Source: Candidatus Thorarchaeota archaeon (lineage in GTDB: Archaea > Asgardarchaeota > Thorarchaeia > Thorarchaeales > Thorarchaeaceae). From it: a stretch of DNA of 21,567 nucleotides. The notes below the pieces were generated by a model. It was not told where the DNA came from. It saw nothing but the letters and a program-made list of their open reading frames with translations, and did not search any database. The position numbers and the translations under genes were made by a program. The stretch is taken from contig RDNZ01000046.1 of the NCBI GenBank assembly GCA_011364905.1, positions 1 through 21,567 on the forward strand, given 5' to 3'. Shown here one piece after another: positions 9,053 to 17,475 of this stretch (the first letter of the stretch is position 1; each line of letters opens with the position of its first letter).

Positions 9053-9595
9053 TTAACTTGTTAACCCTGTATCCTCCCACTCAGGCGCTGTTCGAAGGTC
9101 AACTTTGATGATTTTGAGACCCCACTCAGAAAAAGTAGGTTCAAGCTCCTCTTCAACCATTGAGTTCAACTCTTCACGCTCACTGAAGACTGCATCACTT
9201 GTCAGAGACTCCGCCACCTTTTTGACATGATGTTGAATGGTCATCATGACAGTGCTGTAGTGATTGTCGATGCGCAATGCATACTTCTCTATATCGATGA
9301 TTCTCCACTGAACAATGCCTTTCAATCTGCGAGTTGAATTATCAGAAGAAATGTACTTGCCCGTGTCAACTTCGGTTGATTGCGCACGAAGTGAAACCTT
9401 CAGAACAACCTTATCCAGTATAGGTGTCTTCCAAATTATTCCCGGACCTTTGACTCCATAATACTTGCCAAGTCGAAGGATCACAACGCGCTCCCATTCT
9501 TTCAACACCTTGATTCCTGAACACACAAACAAGAGAACGAATACCGCAAGGACCATCATCAGCATCATGTAGAGATAAAGGTTGACGTATTGCAA
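9053..9595 (-). CDS. SPFH/band 7 (stomatin-like) protein, short form
   Basis: N-terminal TM helix, IKVLKEWERVVILRLGKY..GPG..PILD..VSLR, and WGLKIIKVDLR. TTG start after AAGGAGGT. Confidence 0.85.
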   Translation of the reverse strand: MQYVNLYLYMMLMMVLAVFVLLFVCSGIKVLKEWERVVILRLGKYYGVKGPGIIWKTPILDKVVLKVSLRAQSTEVDTGKYISSDNSTRRLKGIVQWRIIDIEKYALRIDNHYSTVMMTIQHHVKKVAESLTSDAVFSEREELNSMVEEELEPTFSEWGLKIIKVDLRTAPEWEDTGLTS

Positions 9596-9718
9596 TCGCG
9601 AACCTCCTTGACTAGTGTCAGTAGTTCCCGCCGGATATTCTTATTCTTATGAGTGCTATTTAATTTCTCGCACTGAAGTTGACAGGAGTTTATCTATACC
9701 GCAAAGGTACAGACTATC

Positions 9719-10231
9719 ATGACGAGCAACTTCCAGACCAAGCTATCTGATTTCAGTGAGGTCGAGGAAGAACCCCCAAAACTCAAGTCCACTGATTCAC
9801 CCAAGCCAATAACAAAACGAACGAAACCCAAGAGGATTCTCTGGAAGAAGACAATTGGCAAGAATGGAGAGTGGGGTGTCATCAACTTCGACGACACAGT
9901 GCTCTTCGTTCAATTGATTGATGGACGGATGCATGTCCATGGAATGGCGGCTGTCTGCAAGTGGTGCGGAGGCATACTGGAGATTCGCGAAGAGACGAAG
10001 GTCTTCTGCGCAGGGAGATGTGGCAGATATCAAGGCGAGTTTTCGCGAGACCTGAATGACTTCCTCCGTTGGGAGGGTGTGAAGTCCTATACGCTGCGGA
10101 AGATAGTAGCTGAGGAGGAGGCACTTGAACTGGAAGCGAGAGACCTCGAACCCATCTCCTATGCACCAAACTGGTCTATTCTTTATGAGTATGAGGATGA
10201 CCAAGATACTGAGGATGCTACGAAAGAGTAA
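9719..10231 (+). CDS. Hypothetical Zn-ribbon protein with N-terminal PIP-box-like motif
   Basis: CKWC...CAGRC cysteine pairs, QTKLSDF near the N-terminus, Lys/Pro-rich linker, acidic tail. Confidence 0.7.
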   Translation: MTSNFQTKLSDFSEVEEEPPKLKSTDSPKPITKRTKPKRILWKKTIGKNGEWGVINFDDTVLFVQLIDGRMHVHGMAAVCKWCGGILEIREETKVFCAGRCGRYQGEFSRDLNDFLRWEGVKSYTLRKIVAEEEALELEARDLEPISYAPNWSILYEYEDDQDTEDATKE

Positions 10232-10272
10232 TATTCCCCACCGTGATGGGTCTAGAATCTTTGGTGATAACC

Positions 10273-10635
10273 ATGACTGAAATTCCGATGGCTGACTCAG
10301 GTGCAGCTGCAGGAGCAAGACCAAAAGAAGTGACAATTGCCGGCTGGCTGATCTTGATTGAAGCAATCACAGGTCTCATAGTTGGTGGTGTTGAGTATTA
10401 TATTTGGGAGAACGAGCTTTCACTTCTAGGCGTTGTCCTTGCAGTCATTGCATTCTGGTTATATACAATGATCATAAAACAAGATTATTCCGCTTGGATG
10501 ATGGCAGTGATTTTTAATATCATTGCGATTTTCCTCTATCTTGCAGGTGACAACTATCCTGGTGTCGCCCTCAGTATACTGTGTTGGGTGTACCTGATTA
10601 TGCCCTCCACAAGGGTACACTTCGAACAGAAATAG
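10273..10635 (+). CDS. Small hypothetical integral membrane protein (about 4 TM)
   Basis: Four hydrophobic segments. ATG 10273 follows GGTGA RBS. RPKEVT...YL..P..R..F pattern. Confidence 0.75.
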   Translation: MTEIPMADSGAAAGARPKEVTIAGWLILIEAITGLIVGGVEYYIWENELSLLGVVLAVIAFWLYTMIIKQDYSAWMMAVIFNIIAIFLYLAGDNYPGVALSILCWVYLIMPSTRVHFEQK

Positions 10636-10638
10636 GAC

Positions 10639-10671
10639 AGGCTGGTCTATCCAGCCTTCTTTTCTTTCTTT
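10639..10671 (+). terminator. Hairpin plus pyrimidine/U-tract terminator between convergent genes
   Basis: AGGCTGG-TCTAT-CCAGCCT (10639-10657) then TCTTTTCTTTCTTT, starting 3 nt after the stop codon. Confidence 0.65.
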
Positions 10672-10721
10672 AACCATCATTGCAGTACAATGAGTCGGTC
10701 TTTCCTGAATCACTCAGAAAC

Positions 10722-11606
10722 CTACTTCTCTACCGGATTTAACTCGAATAGGAGTTCTCTTCTGTCCGTATACTCATCTGACACGTAGCCAAGGCCTGAT
10801 GACCATTCAGTCGCTCGAGGGCCAAGAAAGAACACTGCACGGTCGGCATCTAGAGATTCAGCATGGTCGATCATTCGCGACATAATGTCGATAAACACAG
10901 AACGATCTGTCGAAAAGACTGTGAAGGTTGCTGTCTTCTCTTCGTTTCTGTCTCTCAGAGCATGGCAATAGATAGCCTGTACATAACCAGTATCATCCAC
11001 AACACTCCACACATCAGCATCATCGAGGAGTCTTGTTAGCCCCTCTCGAGTTGTGAAGTCAAAGTGCCATGCGAGGGGGAATGTCTTACTCTCCACCAAT
11101 TCAGGTCGTAGAGTGAGTGTTTCAAAAAGTCGGTCAGGATTGGTCTTAAGTGGGATAATGTTTTCGCTTGGTTTGGGATGAAACGGGTAGGGCTTGTAGA
11201 GCCGGAAATAGCCAACACTATCAGCAAGGTGAAAACCACACCCTTCGGCGACCTTCATTGACGCTTCATTTCTCGAACTCGTGACATACCAAAGGTGCTG
11301 GGTTCCAAAGTCTTTTGCGATTTCAATCAGTTTTTTTGCGACAACGGTTGCATATCCTTTTTCCCGATGTCCATCCTTGACTCTGAGACCCTGAACCCAC
11401 CCGATATTCGTTTCAGAAATTTTCTCGAAATTCCCAATGGCTACAAGCTCGTCTGTTTCGAAGAGACCAATTGTCCGTGCCAGAGGATTGCTTAACCATA
11501 CCGGGAATGTTTCTGGAATGTAATCATTACCTTCCCAGATTGTTTCGCATAGAATCTTAACCTGGTCATAATCATCCATGGTCAATTCACGAGTATCATT
11601 AGACAT
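10722..11606 (-). CDS. GNAT family N-acetyltransferase with C-terminal accessory domain
   Basis: RELTMDDYDQV, IWEGNDYIP, WVQGLRVKDGHREKGYAT motif A, NEASMKVAEGCGF motif B. Confidence 0.85.
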   Translation of the reverse strand: MSNDTRELTMDDYDQVKILCETIWEGNDYIPETFPVWLSNPLARTIGLFETDELVAIGNFEKISETNIGWVQGLRVKDGHREKGYATVVAKKLIEIAKDFGTQHLWYVTSSRNEASMKVAEGCGFHLADSVGYFRLYKPYPFHPKPSENIIPLKTNPDRLFETLTLRPELVESKTFPLAWHFDFTTREGLTRLLDDADVWSVVDDTGYVQAIYCHALRDRNEEKTATFTVFSTDRSVFIDIMSRMIDHAESLDADRAVFFLGPRATEWSSGLGYVSDEYTDRRELLFELNPVEK

Positions 11607-11630
11607 GAGAAGTTTCCTAAAAGAGGTGCC

Positions 11631-12149
11631 TTAAGAATCGTGTGAAGTGTCAACATGAATCTCATTTGGGTCGACTAGAGCTAAGCAATTCTGACATTCG
11701 ACTTTTCCATCCGCTGCAACTCTTAATATTCTCTTAGCGTACTGAGCCTTGCATACAGGACACACAAAGACCTCATTGGTGTCATGTTGCTGAATAATCT
11801 GTTCAAGATCCTCGTAAGATATCTCCTCTAGCATTTTTGTAAATTTGAGCTCACCTGATTTGTAATCGGTTGGTGAAAATATTCCTGTAATTGTTTTTGC
11901 AGTGATATTAAATACAGCAAGTTTAGCATCTCGGATGTATTCAGTCAAAATTACGAATATCGTTGATGCATTCCCGTATTTGAAAATATGAACACCAAAA
12001 ACGAGAGTTTCGAAATCATTGAAGCTCTTGAAAACCGGTTTGAGACTAGACTGGTAGAAACTAGTGTTTTTCTCCCAGAGGTTTGGAATCACATTAAGAA
12101 GAGCTATATACTGGCTCTCATCGATATCGTAAAGTTCCAACTCTTGCAT
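11631..12149 (-). CDS. Hypothetical protein with C-terminal Zn ribbon
   Basis: CPVC-x18-CQNC at the C-terminus after an alpha/beta domain. ATG 12149 after AGGTGG; TTG 12170 is an alternative start. Confidence 0.72.
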   Translation of the reverse strand: MQELELYDIDESQYIALLNVIPNLWEKNTSFYQSSLKPVFKSFNDFETLVFGVHIFKYGNASTIFVILTEYIRDAKLAVFNITAKTITGIFSPTDYKSGELKFTKMLEEISYEDLEQIIQQHDTNEVFVCPVCKAQYAKRILRVAADGKVECQNCLALVDPNEIHVDTSHDS

Positions 12150-12229
12150 GCGAAGCAATCCCACCTTCAAAAGAGAAGTAGGAATTGAAGGGATATAGCA
12201 CTAACGGTATTCAGATGTATTTTGATTCA

Positions 12230-13063
12230 CTAAATTCGCCGTTTTTGAAGATTAATGCAATAGTGATGGTGAACATTTGAAACGTATGTAGTGGGGTAGC
12301 CCCAACAACCCAGTTTTTTGTTGTCTTGACACCAAATCATCTCTTGGCGAAGGTCGTACTCATCTGAGAGTTTGCAGGCTAAATCCCAAGCAATTGGTTT
12401 CAGTATCCCATCGACATCTCTCATGTTCTGTACAACTATTGTGAGATAAGCTCTTTCAGATAGCACAGGTTTCAGTCCTGTCACAATTCTGCTGACTTCT
12501 TCAATGTACGCCTGGTAGTCGACGATATTGCCGAGGTCATCTGCTGAATCACTGTAATATTGCTTTAGTCCTTCTTCCTGTCTAATCCTATGAACAGAAT
12601 CATTCCCCCCGCGTGACTTCCTCAGCATGTTCCAGTACGGTGGCGAAGTGATGACATAATCAAACAATGGAGGCTTACCCTTAAAGTACTGAGATATCAG
12701 CTTAGTCGCGTTGGCCGAATTTCCAAGTAGAAGTGCCTGATGTCCGATGCCCTCAACTTTCTGAATCATGTTCTGTCCGATCTCGACAAACTCGCCACAT
12801 AGTTCAATGCCAATTGCATTTCTACCTGTTTCTTTGCATGCAACAAGAGTGCTGCCAACACCAGCAAATGGGTCTAAGACCCAACCATCCTCTTTGGTGA
12901 AGTAAGTCACTAGATGTCTGACTAGTTCTTCTGGGAATTTCGCCGGATGACTCATTTGTTCTCGAGACCTGGATCGAGGATTGATTACAAACCAAGACTT
13001 CGTAGCTTTCACCCATGACTTAGCATCTAGATCATTCAAAGTGTTCTTGGCTCTCTGGACCAT
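12230..13063 (-). CDS. Orphan DNA amino-methyltransferase (N4-cytosine/N6-adenine family)
   Basis: HPAKFPEELV, motif I LDPFAGVGST, GIEL, motif IV ITSPPYW. ATG 13063 after GGTGAGG RBS. Confidence 0.87.
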   Translation of the reverse strand: MVQRAKNTLNDLDAKSWVKATKSWFVINPRSRSREQMSHPAKFPEELVRHLVTYFTKEDGWVLDPFAGVGSTLVACKETGRNAIGIELCGEFVEIGQNMIQKVEGIGHQALLLGNSANATKLISQYFKGKPPLFDYVITSPPYWNMLRKSRGGNDSVHRIRQEEGLKQYYSDSADDLGNIVDYQAYIEEVSRIVTGLKPVLSERAYLTIVVQNMRDVDGILKPIAWDLACKLSDEYDLRQEMIWCQDNKKLGCWGYPTTYVSNVHHHYCINLQKRRI

Positions 13064-13188
13064 AGGCCTCACCGATTACAGATGAAGTGATACGTGAGTC
13101 ATAAGTCTAGCTTATTGCCTTCCATAAGTCGGGGATTTCTATATTTGAAGAAGAAATAGTATGAATCCATCCATGGAGTGGACACTGA

Positions 13189-13506
13189 ATGGTAAAGATA
13201 AGTCCCTTTGTCAAGCTTCTCCGCGGTGAATATGAACTCACGGTCATCCTGCTACTTACTCGACTTAAAGGTAAGGCAAGAGCAGATGAGATAATTAGCG
13301 CTGGAAAGGATACAAAAACCTTGCCGGCTCTCAATGGCGCCAGAGTAGCAAGTGTCAGGAAGTTTCTCCTTGAGAATGACCTTATTAAAGTTGAAAAATC
13401 AGGAAATGAGCTGATTCACATATTGACAAACAAAGGACGGAAACTGGGTAGGCATCTTGATGCAATTGATAGTTTCATATTAAAAGACCTGAAATGGAAA
13501 CGCTAG
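13189..13506 (+). CDS. Winged helix-turn-helix transcriptional regulator
   Basis: 105 aa, basic. C-terminal FLLENDLIKVEKSG...HILTNKGRKL is a typical wHTH wing. Confidence 0.75.
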   Translation: MVKISPFVKLLRGEYELTVILLLTRLKGKARADEIISAGKDTKTLPALNGARVASVRKFLLENDLIKVEKSGNELIHILTNKGRKLGRHLDAIDSFILKDLKWKR

Positions 13507-13512
13507 ATTCTA

Positions 13513-13610
13513 ATCGCGAATGCTTATTACTCGCAAAAATACTGCTTATATCAAAACAGGCGGAAAACCAGAACGATATGAAAACTCTCTCCTTATCGCG
13601 ATTGCTTTAA
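13513..13610 (+). promoter_or_regulatory. Repeated promoter/operator-like elements upstream of pstS
   Basis: ATCGCGAATGCTT (13513-13525) and ATCGCGATTGCTT (13595-13607), plus a third TGCTTAT at 13543-13549. Each runs into a TATA-like string. Confidence 0.45.
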
Positions 13611-13656
13611 TTCGGGAGTGTTTTTGCCGTTCATCTATGTTTCAGAGGGGTTCATG

Positions 13657-14718
13657 ATGACATCGATTTGGAAACAGAAGAAAGGGCTTTTATCCGGAAT
13701 GATTATCGGGATGCTCTTAGGAGTGGGTGGTCTTATTTTCATCAGTCCTCCTCCGGGAAGTGGACCTCAGGGAACTATCGCCACCGCTGGTTCCACAACA
13801 GTTTACCCTCTTTCACAAATATGGGCGACGGAATTCCATCAGGTGTTTCCAAGTTTGACTGTGCAACCACATACAGGGGGATCAGGATTGGGACAGTCTC
13901 TGATTGGCCAAGCTCTAATTGATATTGGAGCGTCAAGTGCCTATCCAAACCAGGCATATATCGATGCGAATCCATCTGTTGAGATATTACCTGTGTCGGC
14001 CGATGCTCTTGGAATAGTTGTTAATCAAGCAGTCAATGGCTCTCTGTTCAAACTGGATTGCGACATGGCAGTCGCTATTTTTCAACGAAATGTCACGACT
14101 TGGGATGATTTCTCTACAGTTTTTGGAGTCACAATTCAACAAAGTGGTCCAATTCATCTATTTGTAAGATCTGATGCTAGCGGGACCACTGCCACTTTTG
14201 CCAAATGGCTTGAAACGTCTGATGAAAATGCCAATCCAAACGGAGCTGATTACGAGTGGCTTCTTGGACATGAAGAAGCCCTATCCTTCCCAGCTGGAGC
14301 AAATGCTGTCGACGGGAATCCAAGTGTGGCTTCGGGCGTTGAGACCGATCAGCAGGCAATTGGATATGTGGGACTTGCTTTCATAGGGGAGTTAGTCGCT
14401 GCTGACTTGTATAATCCAAGCAACGGAGAATGGATCACGCCCTCAATTGCTAATGCTGTGAAGGCCATACCAACCAACTTGACATCCCCTGGTCAAGATA
14501 TCATGAACTCAGAGATTGCAGGGGCATATCCTATAGCTCGATTGTTGTTCTATTTAGTGAATAAGAGCCATCTAAGTCAAAACACAATTACGTTTGTTGC
14601 TTGGTGTCTTGTTCAAGGTCAGAGGTATGTGAGTACAGTTGGTTATGTGCCTATCAATGGTACTGCCGCGCAGAGCTATTCTCTTGGTATGATGAGTGTT
14701 CTTTCGCCATCAATATGA
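13657..14718 (+). CDS. pstS: Phosphate ABC transporter substrate-binding protein PstS
   Basis: N-terminal membrane anchor, AGSTTVYP, GGSGLG, IDIGASS, RSDASGT, AIGYVG, GAYPIAR. First gene of pst operon. Start 13654 or 13657 after GAGGGG. Confidence 0.92.
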   Translation: MTSIWKQKKGLLSGMIIGMLLGVGGLIFISPPPGSGPQGTIATAGSTTVYPLSQIWATEFHQVFPSLTVQPHTGGSGLGQSLIGQALIDIGASSAYPNQAYIDANPSVEILPVSADALGIVVNQAVNGSLFKLDCDMAVAIFQRNVTTWDDFSTVFGVTIQQSGPIHLFVRSDASGTTATFAKWLETSDENANPNGADYEWLLGHEEALSFPAGANAVDGNPSVASGVETDQQAIGYVGLAFIGELVAADLYNPSNGEWITPSIANAVKAIPTNLTSPGQDIMNSEIAGAYPIARLLFYLVNKSHLSQNTITFVAWCLVQGQRYVSTVGYVPINGTAAQSYSLGMMSVLSPSI

Positions 14719-14740
14719 AGTCAAAATGGAGACATGCCTA

Positions 14741-15787
14741 ATGAGTAAGGAAGAGATCCAAGCAATCGATCACTCTGAGAGCGAGAGTGAGGTCTCTTTC
14801 ATTCATAGGTTGAAGAATCGCATAGTCGATCCTTTTGATGATTTCCTCAATGCTGATAGGTCCGGAAAGACCGACAAGGCTGGGAAGGTATTCCTCTTGG
14901 TGCCTGCATTTGCGAGCACCTTAATCATCATTCTTATTCTTGCGTTTCTCCTGTTTGAATCCACGCCTATCCTGACTAGTCCCGTGGGCGGACCGGGGAT
15001 TATCGTTAATCCAACTTGGGATCCCAACAGAAACCTCTATGGTATAGCTATCTTTGTCGTTGGGTCACTCTTGTGTACAACAATCGCAATCGGAATTGCT
15101 GTACCTGTCGGAATCGGTGGTGCTATCTTTCTGTCTGAGTTTTGTCCCATGAGGCTGCGGCAACCAATCAAGATGATAACTGAGATGATGGCTGCGATAC
15201 CATCTATCGTCTACGGTCTTTGGGCCTATATCGTGCTTGTCCCATACATCAAGAACGTTCTAGCTCCAAGTCTTCAGAACAACCCCTTAACCGGATGGAT
15301 CCCTCTGTTTCAGGGCGACACCAACGGGTTGAGCCTTCTTGCTGGAGGAGTAATCCTCGCTATTATGTTGCTCCCGACTGTTGTCACTATCACAACCGAT
15401 GCGCTTCAGACCGTCCCGACTAGCCTTAGAGAGGCCTCACTTGCGCTTGGTGCGACCCAGAGCGAAACCGCCCGCAAAATTGTGATTTCTGCCGCACTTC
15501 CCGGAGTTGGTGCTGCTATTGTCCTCGCACTCGGTCGCGCAGTGGGAGAAACAATGGCTGTGTTGATGGTCACAGGCAACTCTCTGCAAATTCCTTACAC
15601 ACTCTTTGATCCAACCTACGTCATGACCAGCATCATCACGAATCAACTAGGATATGCATTTGTATTCCCGCTCTGGCGGTCCGCCCTCTTTGCTGTGGGT
15701 CTTGTATTAATGATAATGTCAGTCTGTTTCACTTTGACAGCCAAGTTGTTCATCCGGTGGGGAATGAAAACACGGGGGTATATCTAA
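14741..15787 (+). CDS. pstC: Phosphate ABC transporter permease PstC
   Basis: WDP..LYG, AIFLSEF, EMMAAIPSIVYGLW, EAA loop LREASLALGAT, LGRAVGETMAVLMV. ATG 14741 after GGAG. Confidence 0.95.
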   Translation: MSKEEIQAIDHSESESEVSFIHRLKNRIVDPFDDFLNADRSGKTDKAGKVFLLVPAFASTLIIILILAFLLFESTPILTSPVGGPGIIVNPTWDPNRNLYGIAIFVVGSLLCTTIAIGIAVPVGIGGAIFLSEFCPMRLRQPIKMITEMMAAIPSIVYGLWAYIVLVPYIKNVLAPSLQNNPLTGWIPLFQGDTNGLSLLAGGVILAIMLLPTVVTITTDALQTVPTSLREASLALGATQSETARKIVISAALPGVGAAIVLALGRAVGETMAVLMVTGNSLQIPYTLFDPTYVMTSIITNQLGYAFVFPLWRSALFAVGLVLMIMSVCFTLTAKLFIRWGMKTRGYI

Positions 15788-16702
15788 ATGAGCAGTCGAG
15801 TTGGTGCATTGTTTGTATACTTCAGGACCGTGACCCAGTCTCGTCGTCACTTCTTTGACTTCCTTTTCAAGTTTCTTCTAGCCATTGTAATCCTGATTGT
15901 CATTTCGCCATTTTTCCTTGTCCTCATTCAAGTTGCCAGTATTGGATTCCAGCAGGTCTTCGGTAGCGGTCCTGGGCAGGGACTTGAATTCTTCACAACT
16001 TTTCCAGGGGTCGGATTGGCAGGCGGAGTAAGGAATGCCTTTGTGGGCACCGTAGAGCTGGTGGTTCTTGCAGGCGGGGTTGGGATTCCCCTTAGTGTAT
16101 TCGGAGCGGTCTATATCACAGAGTACACACAAGCTGGGTGGACGCGCGCAATTGTAGAGTTCACCTCAGATGTGCTTGCCGGGATTCCATCAATTGTTTT
16201 TGGTGCGTTCGGATTTGCATTTCTTGTGGACTTCCTTCATCTGGGAATGGGCATAATTGCTGGAAGCCTGACGCTTGCGTTCATGATGATTCCTACCGTT
16301 CTCCGAACTACTCAGGAGGCACTGCGCGCAGTTCCCATGTCTCTTCGAGAAGCGTCTCTCGCACTCGGTGCCACCAAATGGTCCACAACTTGGAATGTCA
16401 CTCTCAGGGCGGCATTCCCAGGTCTCATCACAGGAGTCTTACTGGCAATTGGTCGCGTGATGGGTGAAACGGCTCCACTGATCTTCACTGCAGGAAACAA
16501 TCTATCAGTCCCCACATCGTTGACTGGTTCTGGTTCATGGGTCGCATCGATGCCTTATACCATATGGGCTTACATTAGTGACCCGCGAGAGTATCTCCAA
16601 GCCAAGGCTCATGGAACTGCTCTTGCCCTCATGATAATGGTTCTCACGATTGATGTTGTTGCTAATTTGGTCTCACGGAAAGTCACAAGGAGGCTCGTTT
16701 AA
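15788..16702 (+). CDS. pstA: Phosphate ABC transporter permease PstA
   Basis: GGVRNAFVGT, AVYITEY, LAGIPSIVFGAFG, RTTQEALRAVP..LREASLALGATKW, GRVMGETAPL. Confidence 0.95.
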   Translation: MSSRVGALFVYFRTVTQSRRHFFDFLFKFLLAIVILIVISPFFLVLIQVASIGFQQVFGSGPGQGLEFFTTFPGVGLAGGVRNAFVGTVELVVLAGGVGIPLSVFGAVYITEYTQAGWTRAIVEFTSDVLAGIPSIVFGAFGFAFLVDFLHLGMGIIAGSLTLAFMMIPTVLRTTQEALRAVPMSLREASLALGATKWSTTWNVTLRAAFPGLITGVLLAIGRVMGETAPLIFTAGNNLSVPTSLTGSGSWVASMPYTIWAYISDPREYLQAKAHGTALALMIMVLTIDVVANLVSRKVTRRLV

Positions 16703-17466
16703 TGTCTAATTTCAAACATCATATAGAGGTTCACAATCTCTCAACCTGGTTCGGAAAGAAAGCCATCTTGAAGGACATATCATGTTACTTCGAGGACAAC
16801 ACTGTGACAGCGATCATGGGTCCGTCAGGCTGCGGCAAGAGCACACTTCTTCGAACCTTGAACCGTTTGAATGATCTTGTTCCGAATTTCCGCCGTGAAG
16901 GAGAGGTTGTATTCAGAGGGGAAAATATCTATGACATGGGGTACAGCGTGTATGATTTGAGAAAGCACATTGGAATGGTATTTCAGAGACCCAATCCTTT
17001 TCCAATGAGTATCAGAGAGAATATCACTTATGGTCCGAAGCTGCACGGCGTAAAAGATGAGGATGAACTTGAGAAGATTGTAGAGACCTCGCTGAAGAAG
17101 GCAGCCTTATGGGATGAAGTCCAAGACGATTTGGACAAACCCGCTCCGAATCTCTCAGGCGGACAGCAGCAGAGGCTCTGCATTGCGAGGGCACTTTCGA
17201 TAAACCCCCCTGTTTTACTGGCAGACGAGCCCGTTTCAGCTCTAGACCCCATCAGTGCGGCCAAGATAGAAGAACTGATTGTTGAGTTGAAAAAGGACTA
17301 CACCATTATCTTGGTCACGCACAATGTGCAGCAGGCCTTCAGGGTTTCTGACCAGGCAGCTTTTCTTTACTTGGGCGAACTTGTGGAGTTTGAGAAGACC
17401 AAGAGAATCATTGAGGCTCCCGCCGACGAGAGAACCGAGGCATTCATTACAGGAAGAATTGGATAG
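16702..17466 (+). CDS. pstB: Phosphate ABC transporter ATP-binding protein PstB
   Basis: GPSGCGKST, GMVFQRPNPFPMSI, LSGGQQQRLCIARAL, DEPVSALDP, VTHN, FITGRIG. TAATG stop/start overlap with pstA. Confidence 0.97.
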   Translation: MSNFKHHIEVHNLSTWFGKKAILKDISCYFEDNTVTAIMGPSGCGKSTLLRTLNRLNDLVPNFRREGEVVFRGENIYDMGYSVYDLRKHIGMVFQRPNPFPMSIRENITYGPKLHGVKDEDELEKIVETSLKKAALWDEVQDDLDKPAPNLSGGQQQRLCIARALSINPPVLLADEPVSALDPISAAKIEELIVELKKDYTIILVTHNVQQAFRVSDQAAFLYLGELVEFEKTKRIIEAPADERTEAFITGRIG

Positions 17467-17475
17467 GTGAGTAAA

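Noticed and set aside
9797-10366. 189-aa minus-strand ORF and nested 9882-10169
   Set aside because: They overlap two plausible plus-strand genes and have no recognisable features.
11631-13506. Restriction-modification or defence island (MTase, Zn-ribbon protein, HTH as controller)
   Set aside because: No PD-(D/E)xK or HNH motif recognised in the neighbours, and no mobility genes or flanking repeats.
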